The notes: generated by a model from the letters alone, not told the origin. A stretch of DNA of 64,000 nucleotides from Eledone cirrhosa (GCA_964016885.1 OZ024745.1:91202001-91266000); one strand, 5' to 3'. Counted from the stretch's first letter, positions 51,053 through 64,000 are shown. Numbers and translations: made by a program.

Positions 51053-51379
51053 AGAATGTTATTATTTGGATTTATTTTAATTTTATTTTATCTAAGTTGG
51101 CCTTCATATTATATTTTTAAACTTTGCTCCTTTTATTGATAAAATCTTTGTCATAAAAAATATTTATTAGGAGGCTTCAAAAACAATATTAACATGGGTT
51201 GACCTGTCATGAAAATCTTTTCTTTCTAAAATAGCATTTTGGTCTCTCTTGGAAAAAATGTTGAAATCTGTTGATCCATTAAAATCCATAAACTGCTGAT
51301 AAAAATTAGAAGAGTAACAAGATTTGCACATCAATTGTTCCATCTCTGTATCTAGGCAGAAACAATAGTACATTGTTTT

Positions 51380-51772
51380 ATAATTGTTTCTACTTTTGGC
51401 ACAAGGCCAGCAATTATCCAGTGCATTACTGGTGCTTTATTTTAACCCTGTAAGGATGTAAGGCAAAATTAACTTCGGCAAGATTTGAACTCAGAATGTA
51501 AAGGGCCATAACTCTATGCTGCAAAGCATAGAGTTATGCCAATACTGCCAATTACGCCCGCCCCTCCATTGTTTAATAATAATTATTTCTACTTTTGGCA
51601 CAAGGCCAGCAATTATCTCAGTGCATTACTGGTACTTTATTTCATCGACCCCGTAAGGTTGAAAGGCAAAGTTAACTTAGGCGGGATTTGAACTCAGACC
51701 ATAAAGGGCCGTAATTCTTTGCTGCAAAGCATGGAGTCCGACCCTCTACCGATACTGCCAATCCACCGCCCT
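51380..51772 (-). mobile_element. Two tandem SINE family B copies
   Basis: Copies at ~51380-51565 and ~51579-51772. Each reads TTTCTACTTTTGGCACAAGGCCAGC...GATTTGAACTCAG...TACTGCCAAT on +. Confidence 0.87.
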
Positions 51773-52246
51773 TGTTTAATAATAATAATGACACATAACA
51801 TGTTGATAGTTTTCTTTTCCTGTTTTAAATTTCTGTGAAATTCTATATTCTCATAATTGCAAATTTATCAAAGCAACAACGTCACTCCACATAAAAGAAT
51901 GTTAACCAGAACAACATATATATATATCTGTCTAGAACACTCACTCTGTCCAGTCTTGATTTTCAACTAATTAATTGGCAACAGTTCAAAGTAATTTCTA
52001 GTGTGTTAACAACCGCCTGTTGTTAATCCTGAATCTCCAGACTGAAAGAGTGAAGAAAAAAAAGAGAGAAAACTACGACTGCTTCGCTTCCTCTTTTATT
52101 TCCCCTATCTTCCCCTCTCATCTCCCATTACCTCATCTTCCTCCACTGCACCCCCCCCCCACCTATAATCAATAGAAAATAGATTAAAAGCATATTGCAC
52201 ACAATACAGATACACATACACACACACACACACACATATGTATATA

Positions 52247-52324
52247 TAGGGTGTGCCACAAAATGTATACACACTTTGATTAGAATGCTGTTAAAGTGTG
52301 TATACATTTTGTAGGGACACCCTG
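52247..52324. mobile_element. ~78-bp Tc1/mariner-type MITE consisting almost entirely of TIR
   Basis: TA|TAGGGTGTGCCACAAAATGTATACACACTTT...AAAGTGTGTATACATTTTGTAGGGACACCCTG|TA. TA TSD and CAGGGTGTCCC-type termini. Confidence 0.82.
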
Positions 52325-52648
52325 TAATAATATGTTGTAGGTTCATTACAATTTCATTGAAACAATGAAGTGTTTTACCTTTTTTTTCACGTTAGTCAGA
52401 AGCAGAAGTTCAGTGTTCACAACATTTGTAGGCTCGCCCAAACAATACTAATACAGCTAAATGTAGCTTTCTTTCCACCAAAGAAAGAAAACAACAACCT
52501 ACTTACTGTTTATATGTATTTGGCCAATATGATGGAAAAAAAAGGAGATGGTAATAATATCAGCCTGAAGAATTGTTGTGCAATGCATATTGCATAATCT
52601 CTGAGTAATAATGCTTTCTGCCTCTTATTGTCCTGTATATATATATAT

Positions 52649-52912
52649 CCACCGCAAGGTGGTCGTGGAGGTGCCACGGAAAAAAAGCACCCAGCCCACA
52701 CTGTAAAGTGGACGTGTAGGCGCCACGAAAAAGCACCCAGTACTCACTGTAAATGAGGTTGTTGTTAGGAAGGGCATGCAGCTGTAGAAATCAAGCCAAA
52801 TCAGTTCCTGTATGAGCAAGGCATGGTCAGCCGACCAGACATTGCCCACAACAGGACAACCCGTCTAACCCATGCTAGCGTGGAAGAACGGACGTAAAAC
52901 GGTGATGATGAT
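52649..52912 (+). mobile_element. RTE family 3 3'-UTR-only insertion in (TA)n
   Basis: Near-identical to 63299-63560. Ends GGACGTAAAACGGTGATGATGAT. Confidence 0.88.
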
Positions 52913-53154
52913 ATATATATATATATATATAGGACAATATATATATATGTGTGTGTGTGTGTTTGTGTGTGATAAACCTAAGAAAATTGACAAAGAGAGG
53001 ACAAGGCAATGAAAAGAAGGCAAAACTAAAAATATTTTTTTAAGGGGAACCACATGACTCCAAGGTTGATAACACATCACAGCAAATTGGACAAATATAG
53101 TAGCCTCAGACTGACTTTGTGAGAGGAATTTGGTGGATAGAAATTGTTCAGATG

Positions 53155-53337
53155 GTCATTAGTATCGGTAGAGGGTCGGACGCCATGCTTTGACGCATAG
53201 AGTTACGGCCCTTGCCATTCTGAGTTCAAATCCCGCCGAGGTTAACTTTGCCTTTCATCCTTACGGGGTCGATAAAATAAAGTACCAGTAATACACTGGG
53301 TAATTTCTGGCCTTGTGCCAAACGTAGAAACAATTAT
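53155..53337 (+). mobile_element. SINE family B
   Basis: AGTATCGGTAGAGGGTCGGACGCCATGCTTTG...GTAGAAACAATTAT. Confidence 0.87.
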
Positions 53338-53391
53338 GTAGTTGTGTATGTGTGGTTGTGTTGGGTCACTTTATGTCTTGTAACTTTGTAA

Positions 53392-53945
53392 ACTATATAT
53401 CTAAAACAGAGAATGTCTGTCTGTCTGACTCCCTAAAATTCGAGAACCACCCAACCAATTGTTTTCAAACTTTACACATGTAATACTTATGGTCCTGTGA
53501 GTGTTTTGAGCGAAACATATTTCAAAACTTTCAATGCCCTAGGGACCGCATTAGGCGATTTAGCGATCTCTCTCTGTAATTCTTAGTCTTTCTTTTTAGA
53601 TAGATACATAGATATAACGCTGCGTCCTTATAATAGCTGTCTGTATGTCTGGCTGTCTGCATTACGTCATTATGACACGATCAGTGTGTGTGTGTATATA
53701 TGTATATATAGTGTGTGTATGTATGTATATTCTTATGCCTGGGAACATCTTCACGAACCAAAGTATCGTCTTCCTGTTTTCCTTCAGTTGCAACATTTTT
53801 CGAAATATTTACTTCTGCGTTCACAGATTGATTTGTTTTAGTTTCAACAGATCCTGTTAAGGGGGAAAGCAGCGATTATTTGCTTAAACTTTAATATGTT
53901 ATTTTAATAGAGCAAATCCCGAGCAACGCCAGGCCATTCTGCTAG
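53392..53945 (+). mobile_element. Non-autonomous Helitron, same family
   Basis: CTATATATCTAAAACAGAGAATGTCTGTC...CCCGAGCAACGCCAGGCCATTCTGCTAG^T. The terminal 5' T is altered. Confidence 0.87.
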
Positions 53946-56900
53946 TGTCAACTAACAGGAATTGACAAAATAAGTACTTGACTAAAAATAAGTCATGGAT
54001 TCAACATGATTGTCTAAACCTTTTGAAGATGGTGGCCTGGCATGGCTACAGTTAAAGACTGTAATTCAGTGACTATAATCAACAAAAAACTAGCAGTTTA
54101 TTTATCTGTTACTATCTGTAATCTAGTGACTATTATCAGCAAATGACAATCAATTTATATATCTGATACTGTAAAGAGCTTCTTTCTTTGGAACATATTT
54201 CTTTATATTAAATTATATTCGTTCCTTCTTGTAGCATGTTAGCAATATAGTAACTGTCCAAGTAAGATATAAATTTTATAAACTCAGTTTCTTTCTTCAT
54301 ACTGATAAACATTGCAACTGTTTTTTTAGGTTTGTTACATTTGCATTTCTTTAAGCTCAGAGAAAATGCATATCTATCTTAATCTTTTAATATCTGACAC
54401 TCTAAAGTGTTTTTGTCCATCAGAACCCTCCTTGGGGCAAATCTTTCTTCAGCAAAGAAGAAATAATAAAGGTTGTATGTATGTTGTTGCTGGAATAACA
54501 TGTTTTTCAGATAATCTATTAAGAGAAAAAAATAATACCTATAATATTTTCCATGGCCTCTTAAACTGGTAGAAGTAAGTGTGAGAGAAAGTTATTGTTA
54601 AACTGGAGGGGTGGTTTATAAGAGAATCAATTTTATTAAAGGCATCCAAGGAACATATAATGGTGTTAAACCAGGTGACAAAATTAAGTCTACCATTTGT
54701 TCTCCATAACTTCTATCCTCAAATTTCTTTCACAAGGCTTTGGTCATTTGAAACTATGGGTAAAGTCACTTGTACAAGATGTTATGCAGGAGGATTGAAC
54801 CCTCAACCAGATTATTTGTCTAGTATACTTCTTACCCACAACACAGCTATGCCTGCAGCCCCAATATATAATTGACATCTCGAGAATAAAACATCCTAGA
54901 AAAGCCAGAGGTAGGATGATGCATATATTTAACACCAACATATGATCAACACAAATGAGTTGATAGTAGAAAAGAACATATATAGCTGTTGTATGCATAA
55001 TTGTACCAAATATATTGAGCTACAGACAATTGTATCAAATTGGTTCATTATATCTCTCAAGATATAACTCCATATGGTAAAATTAATGACAATGTTCAAA
55101 CTAGAAGAATTGTATTCTCTAAAAAACACAACCAAAAGGAATTTCTTAATAAATAATTATATTAAATTAATAATTTCTAATTTTTTTTTTTTTGCATTTT
55201 TAAAAAGAATTCATTTTCTAGTCAAGCACGAATTACTAACAAAACATTTTTAGTAATTATGCAAATGTGCATATTGCTGGAACGAGGTATTTTACAGTTA
55301 GAGGCCATTTTCACTGCTAACAACTCAACATTCAAATGAGAATTGCAACTTCTTTATTCTAGCAGGCAGAATTGTCATTTTGTTTAGTCCTAGTTCAGCA
55401 CTGATTAAGGAGAGTTATGATCAAAGGTATTCCAGCCTTGGTAATTTTTGTCAGCCATAATGTATGCTAGGCAACATTATTCGGTGTATTTTTCTTTTTT
55501 CTGTAAAATAGTAGGGTGTGATTTGGTGGAAATTTGGCTATTTCGTCTTGCAGGTTGAGTGAACACATAGCAACTTCATGTTTGGGTTATAATCATGTTT
55601 CATTGGTTTCATAATTATTTGTTCAATACTCAAGTCTCTTTACCTTACTGAAAATATTTAATTGAAGAAGTATTAGCAGAAAATGTGAAATATAGTTCCT
55701 AACATGGTCATAGAATCTAAGATTTTGTGGGGAAAAGAAATGAAAATTTGTTACGTTTTTAAGACCATCCATGTAAATGAAAAACTGTGCTCTTAACTGA
55801 GAACTAAATCTAGTTTGCAAGCTAACCCTTCCAAGAACTGCTCGTCATACTATATCAGTGATCTAAATAATAAATGATGACACTGCAACCTTTTAGAAAT
55901 GTGCAAACAAAATTACAGAAACACCCAAAGTTGTATATGTCTATTCCAAATTTTAGGCAAGATTAATATAGAAGGTTCTGCAGATGAACCCCCTCCCCCT
56001 CCCCTCCCCTCCTCTCTGAATGAATGGCTATAATATGTAAACAGTTTCTAACATTTCCATTTTACCAAATGATTGACTTTTGAAAGTAAATACTTATTTC
56101 TAATATATACGAGACTTAAGGAGAATAAATCATTTCACATATAGATTTCCTAAAAGGAATGATATTGCATTTGTTGATTTTTTTTTAATTTTCTTTGCAC
56201 AAATAAAGACTGTTTGCTACCAAACATAACACTAAAGGGAATTTAGTATCTCTCATATATTGACTTCCTCCAACAAAAAATACTGCAAAAGCAATTAAAT
56301 CAATCAGAGTAGATGCTACTTTAGGTCTGAATGGACTTCCTGCTTATTTTGTCACAAACATTTTAGTAACTTTTCCTTCAATGAATTATATTTTGAAAAA
56401 GTATTTTAGATATTTGAGAGCTATTTCAATTCTCTGAATGAATTCAAATAATTGCTTTTGTGAACCATTTATAAAATTCTACCTTTCCAGATGACAGGAA
56501 CAATGTTAGCAATCTACATAAACGTGGTTAAAATATTTTTACTGCATATTGTGGACATTGACATAGCAGAGTAGTTAAGAAGTTTGCTTTGCAAACAATC
56601 ACAAGGCTGTGGCATGGCATGGATAAATGATTTTTCCATAGCCTCAGGTCAATCCAAACCTTGTGAGTGTAACTATATTGACAAAACCTTTGTGTAAGTA
56701 CATTAGATGGATTGTACTTATAATTGAAAGATCCATCCTTGTTACATATTGTGTCGTGTTGATTCAACCTGAAAATTACATTAACGGTACATGTATTTGT
56801 GGAATATTCAATCACTTGCATGTTAATTTAACAAGTTAGTAATTCAGTGGATCAAATAGTTGAAATAATAATTGTCAAAACTAACAGAGGATCCATTATA

Positions 56901-59424
56901 ATATTTTTGATAATAATGGTTTCTCAATTAGGCACAAGGCCAACAATTTGAGAGGAAAGGGAAAGCTGATTAAATTGACCCCAGTGCGTTACTGGTACTT
57001 CATACTATCGACCCCCAAAAGGATGAAATAGTTGGGAAATTTAAATAATGCTGGGTTCAATTCCTTCCAGGCACCTCTGTCCACCTTTTTTTCACCTCCA
57101 GATGTACTTTACCCGATTTTCTCAAATATTATTTATGATATTTGACTTTTATTATGGTCATTTGTGTTGTAACAACTATATTTCAAATTACAAATTTTCC
57201 CAGTGCTTCTTAAGTCATAGAGTATATATTCTTTATTGGTGGAATTGAGGGTACAATACTTCTCAGTGACTGAGCACTTTCGTTTCACTAGAGAATCATC
57301 AGTCAATATGAGACTGTAAGTGTATGTTTATTAATTAGTGTGTATGTAAATAATTTCACAAATAAAACCTATCTAAAAGTTAAGAAATTCATTTAAGTTT
57401 AACAAAAATAAAAAATGAAAAAATGTGCTTCATCATCAGCACCTGGATAATAACAGGTACTACTGATATTATTTAATATTCAGTCTTTAATATACATACA
57501 TTTCAAAGGCACAAATTTTGAAGTAATAATTCAGAATGCCCATACTTCAATAGAAAGGATTTTGTTAATTTCCAAATGTCATGTTTCTTTGCTCATATGA
57601 AAAACAATTATTTTATTTGAAGTTCACAAGAGCAAGATACCACCAATGTTATATATATATATAGAGAGAGAGAGTGAGAGAGAATCTGTATTTAGCTTAT
57701 TGGATCCTGTACTAGTATTCACAGAGATCCAGCCTGATTTGTGGTTGGGTAAATTGTAAATTGCTCCCTCCTTACCATCCTATCATCTGCTGTGTGCCTC
57801 CAGTTTAGAATAGGTACACTATATCACTGCATATAATACAAACCAATAAAAAGAGTTGATGCTGGGAAGGATATCAGGCTGTAAAACATTGCTTTAAAAA
57901 GAACCCCATGATGAGCATGAAGCCTTTCATAAGGCCCACAATGTTAACTCCTGTTATAGTAGTGGTGGGGGATAGCCCTAAAGCACATGTTACTGCTTAC
58001 TATCCTATCACTCTATTTTTCACATCACACTCATATTCATGCTTTCTCCTCTCTCACCTTTTTGATCATTACTTCCATCCTATTCATTCTCTCAGTCACA
58101 TTTGCTTTGAAAAATAGGCAGCATCTCTATTGTGGGTTCCATGATCAAATATATTCAGAATGCTTTATAAGGCAGTTGCTGATCAGCAAGAGGCAACATA
58201 ATGTAAAGAAGATGTTTCATTCACATGAAGGACATAACCACTTCTCCAGTACTGGTGCCATCATAAACTGCACCCAGTACACTCTTTAAAGTGGTTGGTA
58301 CTAGGAATAGCATCCAGCCATAGAAATCATGCCAAAAAATGACACATACCAGAAAGATATGCTCCCTGACATTTCTAGAATGATAGTAACTTTAAATAAG
58401 AGCTGACTTGAACTGTAACAATACATCTAGCTCATGGCATTACATAAATTGATGTAAAATGTTGATAGTCATTATGGCTATGTAATTGTGGTTCTCTTGA
58501 TCCTATCAGTTTTAATATTAAATAAAGAATGTCAAAATATAAACTTAGCAAAATAATTTACCTATCAGGTGAAAAATAAAATTGCCACTACATAGTGTGA
58601 TTGTGCTGAAAATGACATTGAAATGTCAAAATAATGGTTATGTTCTATAAAGATCTGTAAAATTATATCTAATAATCTAAAATTATAGATCTATATATTT
58701 TATAGATCTTTCAAAACATCATGCTAACCAAAATGCTATGTAATATATTAAACAAAATAGAATATAAATCAAGTTTATTTTATTATTTATATATTTATTG
58801 GTTTTATTTTGTTTCAAATACAAATGGTTAACATCCAAAATATAATTTACAAGAAAACCTCATATAAAATGTACAGCTGCACAATTAATTATTTCATAGT
58901 TTTCACCAGTAAGTTGGTAGATTGTTATTAGAAATTATCTTATCCAATTTAGTGAGTGACAAACCTTATACAAATGTTTCTTACGTGAAGTATCTATGAT
59001 GAAAAATTATTGCTTTAAAATAGCTCTGAATAAACCAGAAGCTACTGATGAGTTTCTTGGTTGTTGGAATTCTAATGTATTCATAACAGTCTATGGAAAG
59101 TTGTTCTGCAGATGTAATACTATCTTTCACAACTGAAATATACTTTAGCTAGCAGCTTTCATAGAAAAGGTAAAATCAAATAAGAAGTCATCGAAGTTGC
59201 AAAGTCATATGGGGGACCCAGCCACTGGTACAGAGTAGAAATATTCAAAATTTGATTATTATTAGTATATATATATATATATGCAAAAGGTTCAGTAAGT
59301 CTGAAGAAAACTGTTCAGTAAGTCCAGAGAGAACTGGTGAGAGTACCAATGTCAGCACTCGATGCAGAGCAGAGTGTATATAATAACAAAGTAGAGGTAT
59401 TACATATGAGATTTATTACTCGAC

Positions 59425-59513
59425 CCAGTTTCAAATGTTTCCCAGGCAACCAGCTCATGATCTGTGGTCATCATCCCATACCAGACTCTAAGTCTGCCTG
59501 ATCCTCAGACCAG
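59425..59513 (-). ncRNA. Degenerate hammerhead-like motif (GUA site mutated to GAA)
   Basis: On -: CTGGT-CTGAGGA-TCAGGCA...TGCCTGG-GAAAC-attt-GAA-ACTGG, with AATAAA 7 nt downstream. Confidence 0.42.
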
Positions 59514-59801
59514 TGGTAAGACAACAAAAATCACATCAAATCAGAAGATGAACCAGCCAGACACAAACAAGCCTATAGAATGACCAATCACGGGCATAGA
59601 ATCCAGTGGATGCACATATCCCGAACATTACAAGAAAATAACTGTTGTAAATAAAAACAAAAACGTTGGATTCTAGGCCCGTGATGTGTGTGTAAATAAT
59701 GTCATTTTATTGCATCATATATGTTGGTATTCAACATTGCCAAAAAGAAATGGTGTAACATCCCGAACAAGGATTTTGTTCAATCCATTTAATTTTTATG
59801 C

Positions 59802-60018
59802 CTCTTTGGCATTTAAACCAGCCATATCCAGCCAGAATTCTCTAACCTCTTTCTGTTCCAAACCGGCTGTAACTGGCCACTCATACTGACGTTAAGGTAT
59901 TGTTCTCAAAATAAATAACATCAAAATCTCATAGATTCAATATTATGTGAGATAATTGTGTAAGATAAAGCCTTTACCTCAAAAATACCATAGTTTATGT
60001 AATGTAAATGCTAATGGG
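59802..60018. mobile_element. piggyBac-type MITE, inverted relative to 9273; partial opposite copy at ~60208-60269
   Basis: Reverse complement of the 9690-9888 body. Ends TAAATGCTAATGGG|TTAA. The partial copy ends TAAATGCTAAAGGG|TTAA. Confidence 0.78.
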
Positions 60019-61678
60019 TTAAATAAGAAGCTGGATGTTTCACATGAAAACAGTTGGTACTAAAATAATTGTTTCTACTTTTGGCACAAGGCCAGCAATT
60101 ACCCAATAATGTTAAGATTTAATATACATGCTTTAATACTACATAAAAATTAGAAAAACTCAAAATAGTTCCAATAGGGCATGCAATTTTATTTTTAATT
60201 TGAGTTTAATTTGAACAGAAAGGAGTGAGAGAATTGTGGCCGGATATGGCCAGTTTAAATGCTAAAGGGTTAAGGAGAGTGAACTGGTAGAATTGTTAGA
60301 GTATTGGATGGGATACCTTGTGCTGTTTGTTCAGGCTCTTCGTGTTCTGAGTTAAAATCCTTCTGCTGCTTGTTTGTATGGTAGACTTAAATTGTCAGCT
60401 TGTCTAGCACCACCATAAGGTTCTTGGGATACTTTAGAAGAGTCCACTCTGTTTAAAGTATTCAAGTCAGGTCTCTGGTTTGAGGATAACTTTCTCTCTT
60501 CCACCAATCTTGGCGGCTCTGAAAAGGATTATGTTCACCAGCCTCACATGTGACTAAATGATAGAAATATAGAGGCAGACTAATACATTAAATTACTTTT
60601 TTATTAACTTTGGGTGAGGTGGAGGTGAAAGCAATGATATGTTATTGTATGATTTGATCTCAGCACATTGAAATGACTGAACAATAGCCAGAATTGTCTT
60701 GCATATTACAACTTTCAGAATATATATACACACACAGAGGAAAGTATTACGACTGTGACAAAAATCATGATTTTTATAGTGTTTCTATCTTAATTATCAA
60801 CTACGTTAGGACTAATATCATTTCTAAGTTCTGCTAAGATGACAGAAACAATATGAACATTACTAGCAAAATACATTAACTTCACTTAACTAAATCTGAT
60901 TACTATTGATAGGAATTCCAAGGAAGCATTGAAGTGATATATATCATCATATCTATATATGAATTAAGTGACAGACATCTGGCCAGTTTGTTTTATTGTA
61001 GTTGACATGTAAATACATGGAAAACTTTTACCTGTTATCAGTCATTTTAGTTTCCTTTTCTAATAGCTGAGCTTGTCATTTGAATTATTTGTATCTTTGG
61101 CCAAAACTGTTGATTTGAATTAATTCATTTCTCAGATGAATGCAATTTTTTTATAAAGCCATATCTAATGCATACCAGTGTGGGGAAATTGTATGTTCAG
61201 CTTTGATTATTACTACTACTGTTGATGAGGTTGATGATAATGACAATGATGACAAATAGCTTTATCTGTTGATAATAAAGTAAGTTGTAACATTCAAGGA
61301 AGCTAGTGTTGGTTATTGTCAGCAAATAGCAAGAGAGGCAATCAGTAAGATATACTGGATTCTATCTTTTGTTACAAGTATGTAGGTGTATGAACAGTGG
61401 ATTTATCTATTAGAGGTTTATGTTGTAAATGTAGGAAACAATTTTTTTTACCACTCCTCTTAGCGGAAGCTGCACTTTCCTCCCTCATCAAGTGTGTATA
61501 TTACAGAACCTAACAGCTATTTCAGTCAGAAGGCAGGTGCAAGCTTTTGTCACTAGATACTGCTGAGTTTGACATAAGAAAACGATGGCACTTGAGCTTT
61601 GTTGGTATTTCCATAAATTCTAGTATTATTGTTAACAACTTTCTTCCTTGTTTTCCTCTCATTATTTTCTTTCTCTTA

Positions 61679-61872
61679 GGGCGGTGGATTGGCAGTATCG
61701 GTAAGGGTCGGACGCCATGCTTTGAAGCATATAGTTACCTCCCTTTATGATCTGAGTTCAAATCCCGCCGAGGTTAACTTTGCCTTTCATCCTTACAGGG
61801 TCGATAAAATAAAGTACCAGTAATGCACTGGGATAATTGCTGGCCTTGTGCCAAAAGTAGAAACAATTATTT
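61679..61872 (+). mobile_element. SINE family B, full length; older inverted copy at ~61990-62150
   Basis: Complete head GGGCGGTGGATTGGCAGTATCGG through GTAGAAACAATTAT. Confidence 0.88.
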
Positions 61873-62639
61873 TCTTTCTCTTATCAAATCCATCATCATC
61901 ATCACTTTTACCCTCACCATCATCATTTTCACCTTCATCATCATCATCAACATCTTTGTAAATGGCATCATAATTTTCTGCATATAATATATTTTTCTGA
62001 TTCAGACACATGGCCAACCATTTGGAGGGAGGGAAAAGTTGATTAAAGCTAACCTCTGTGAGATTTGAACTCAGAACATAAAGGGACACAACTTTATGCT
62101 GCAAAGCATGTTGACTGACACTTCTACCAGTACTGCCAATTCATTGCTCTTTGAAGTCTAATGATATAAACTCAAAAACAAAAGTTTATTCGGGTAATAT
62201 TAAATTTGTAAGTTTATTTTTGAGTAATACTTACACAAGACTAGTAGATTGAGAATGGTACCACAGTGCACAATATGCATTACAACACAATGTGTTTCTC
62301 TGCAATTGCTGTTGATGTTCACTGATTAGAGAACTTTCAGCCTTATATTTTACATCATAGTATCAAGCTAGAGTAATAATCTAAAGAAATAGTGTATGGC
62401 CCTATCTCTGAATTAGAAACTAGGGCATATAACTGAAGTTAGATGCTGCTACTTCAGTGGTGGAAATGTGTGATGTACATGATGGTAAAAATCAGTTTTC
62501 ATACTCAAGTCTAGGGTCAAAATCACTGCAGTTTGCTGCATAATATAAATCATTATCTTTTGGTGCAAAGAAATATATGAGGATTGCAAAAGGTGCACAT
62601 CTTGAGAAAACAGTGATGAAGTTGTGAATTCTTCAATAA

Positions 62640-62805
62640 TTCTGTGGTAAGAACTTCTGTGTTGTAGAAATTCAATGGGCTGCTGCTGAGCTAGTTAAAT
62701 ATATGGGCATCAAGAATTTCAAAGCTAATGATATATGTTTATGATGATTTAGAAATCACCATGGAATGAGTAATAAAATTAGTAATAGTGAAGCTGGCAG
62801 TGCAT
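62640..62805 (+). pseudogene. pogo/Tigger transposase remnant (CENP-B-type HTH)
   Basis: Translates IQWAAAELVKYMGIKNFKANDICL**FRNHHGMSNKISNSEAGSA, matching the FKAS-GWL-RF-RHGI---GE-SA signature. Confidence 0.62.
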
Positions 62806-62978
62806 TAACTGAAAGAAATATAACAATTTCGGAAGAGGAATTTGATTATATAACAATTTCGGAAGAGGATTTGATTATGTGTGAAAAGGTTCTAATTTCC
62901 CAAGTGTATAATAGGATTATATTGGTGGTCACTACCTCAGATAATATTATATATATATAATTATGTATATATAACTAT

Positions 62979-63046
62979 TTCATCTGATGAACGGGCCAGA
63001 GATTTCTGTAAGGATTGTCTAGTTTCTTGAAACCTTTGGTAATGGA
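62979..63046 (+). ncRNA. Type-I hammerhead-like motif with long imperfect stem II
   Basis: TTCAT-CTGATGA-(38 nt)-GAA-ACC-ttt-GGT-A-ATGGA. Lies between (TA)n tracts. Confidence 0.58.
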
Positions 63047-63168
63047 TTAATTATATTGTGTTGTTTATTATGTAATTAAATAACTCTGTACTATACGTAG
63101 AGCACTCTTCTTTCCTTTACCTTTTCTACGGAAATACTTAACACAAAAACATATATATATATATATAT

Positions 63169-63575
63169 ACCTTACCCAACTACACCTCTCAAAGTCAATG
63201 ACACACGACCGTGACTTCTGGCGTCACGCAGTAATACAGGGTACCCGACCTCCCATGGGTACATGCTGAAGCATATAAACAATATGCCCCCCCCCCCCCC
63301 ACCGCAAGGTGGTCGTGGAGGTGCCACGGCAAAAAAGCACCCAGCCCACACTGTAAAGTGGACGTGTAGGCGCCACGAAAAAGCACCCAGCACTCACTGT
63401 AAATGAGGTTGGTGTTAGGAAGGGCATCCAGCTGTAGAAATCAAGCCAGATCAGTTCCTGTATGAGCAAGGCATGGTCAGCCGACCAGACACTGCCCACA
63501 ACAGGACAACCCGTCTAACCCATGCTAGCGTGGAAGAACGGACGTAAAACGGTGATGATGATGATGATGATGATG

Positions 63576-63577
<2 letters not shown>
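63169..63577 (+). mobile_element. 3' fragment of RTE family 3 in (TA)n
   Basis: Encodes LTQLHLSKSMTHDRDFWRHAVIQGTRPPMGTC*, matching the end of the 46805 ORF. Same 3' UTR and (GAT)n tail. Confidence 0.92.
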
Positions 63578-63606
<29 letters not shown>

Positions 63607-64000
63607 GCTGAATGAATACACACGTGTTTGTCTTTTTCTCATTTTTTTTCGCATTCCTTCCTCGAGGTGGAGTCGCTGTTTCAGTGTGTCTCTTTCATTG
63701 TCTTCAGGGGTAAGGCATTCTCCATCCTGTTGGACGGGATCCAGAAGCAGAGGGTAGGCTAGTTGGTAGTGGAGGATACTCATTCAGACGTCACTTCCGT
63801 ACATGTATTGAATAATAGAACTGTTGTAAATCTATTGAACAAGCTGTTGTATAGTTTCTAATATTAAACATTGCTAGATCTGTAAAACATTACTTAAGTT
63901 GTCTTGTGCATATAGTTTTGGGTAACAGTAGGCTCAGCAAAATTAATTATCTTAGACACATAATAAGAAGGCAACATTTTTTTTTTGTGGTGTCCACAAC

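Noticed and set aside
51167-51373. Possible terminal exon on - (acceptor-like CCTAG, stop overlapping AATAAA); similar case at ~60353-60519
   Set aside because: No recognisable homology or linked exons; consistent with chance in AT-rich DNA.
59044-59075. CTGATGAG motif
   Set aside because: No downstream GAAA/stem III; chance match.
63655-63715. CTGAAGA...GAAAC on the minus strand
   Set aside because: Both boxes present, but no GUH or stem I partner follows; at most a disrupted remnant.

Overview
AT-rich, microsatellite-dense eukaryotic DNA, probably intergenic or intronic. The repeat content suggests an octopus or other coleoid cephalopod genome (inference). No host protein-coding gene can be supported, and almost all short ORFs in the track are microsatellite artefacts. 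Recognisable elements: (1) three RTE-clade LINE families with (GAT)n tails and a C4HC3 PHD-type finger in ORF2, including one near full-length decayed copy with a candidate TSD; (2) remnants of R4/Dong-like and CRE-like retrotransposons with restriction-like endonuclease (RLE); (3) two abundant tRNA-derived SINE families, one a CORE-SINE that borrows and swaps RTE tails; (4) three non-autonomous Helitrons, TTAA (piggyBac-type) and TA (mariner-type) MITEs, and a pogo/Tigger remnant; (5) a ~6.8 kb (TA)-derived array holding four nested insertions. The most notable signal is invisible in the ORF track. It is a set of minimal type-I hammerhead ribozyme motifs, including a tandem pair 405 nt apart, plus fold-back palindromes in (TA)n tracts whose symmetry centres coincide with hammerhead stems. 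This points to a Penelope-like/retrozyme system. All alignments and folds were done by eye and need computational confirmation.
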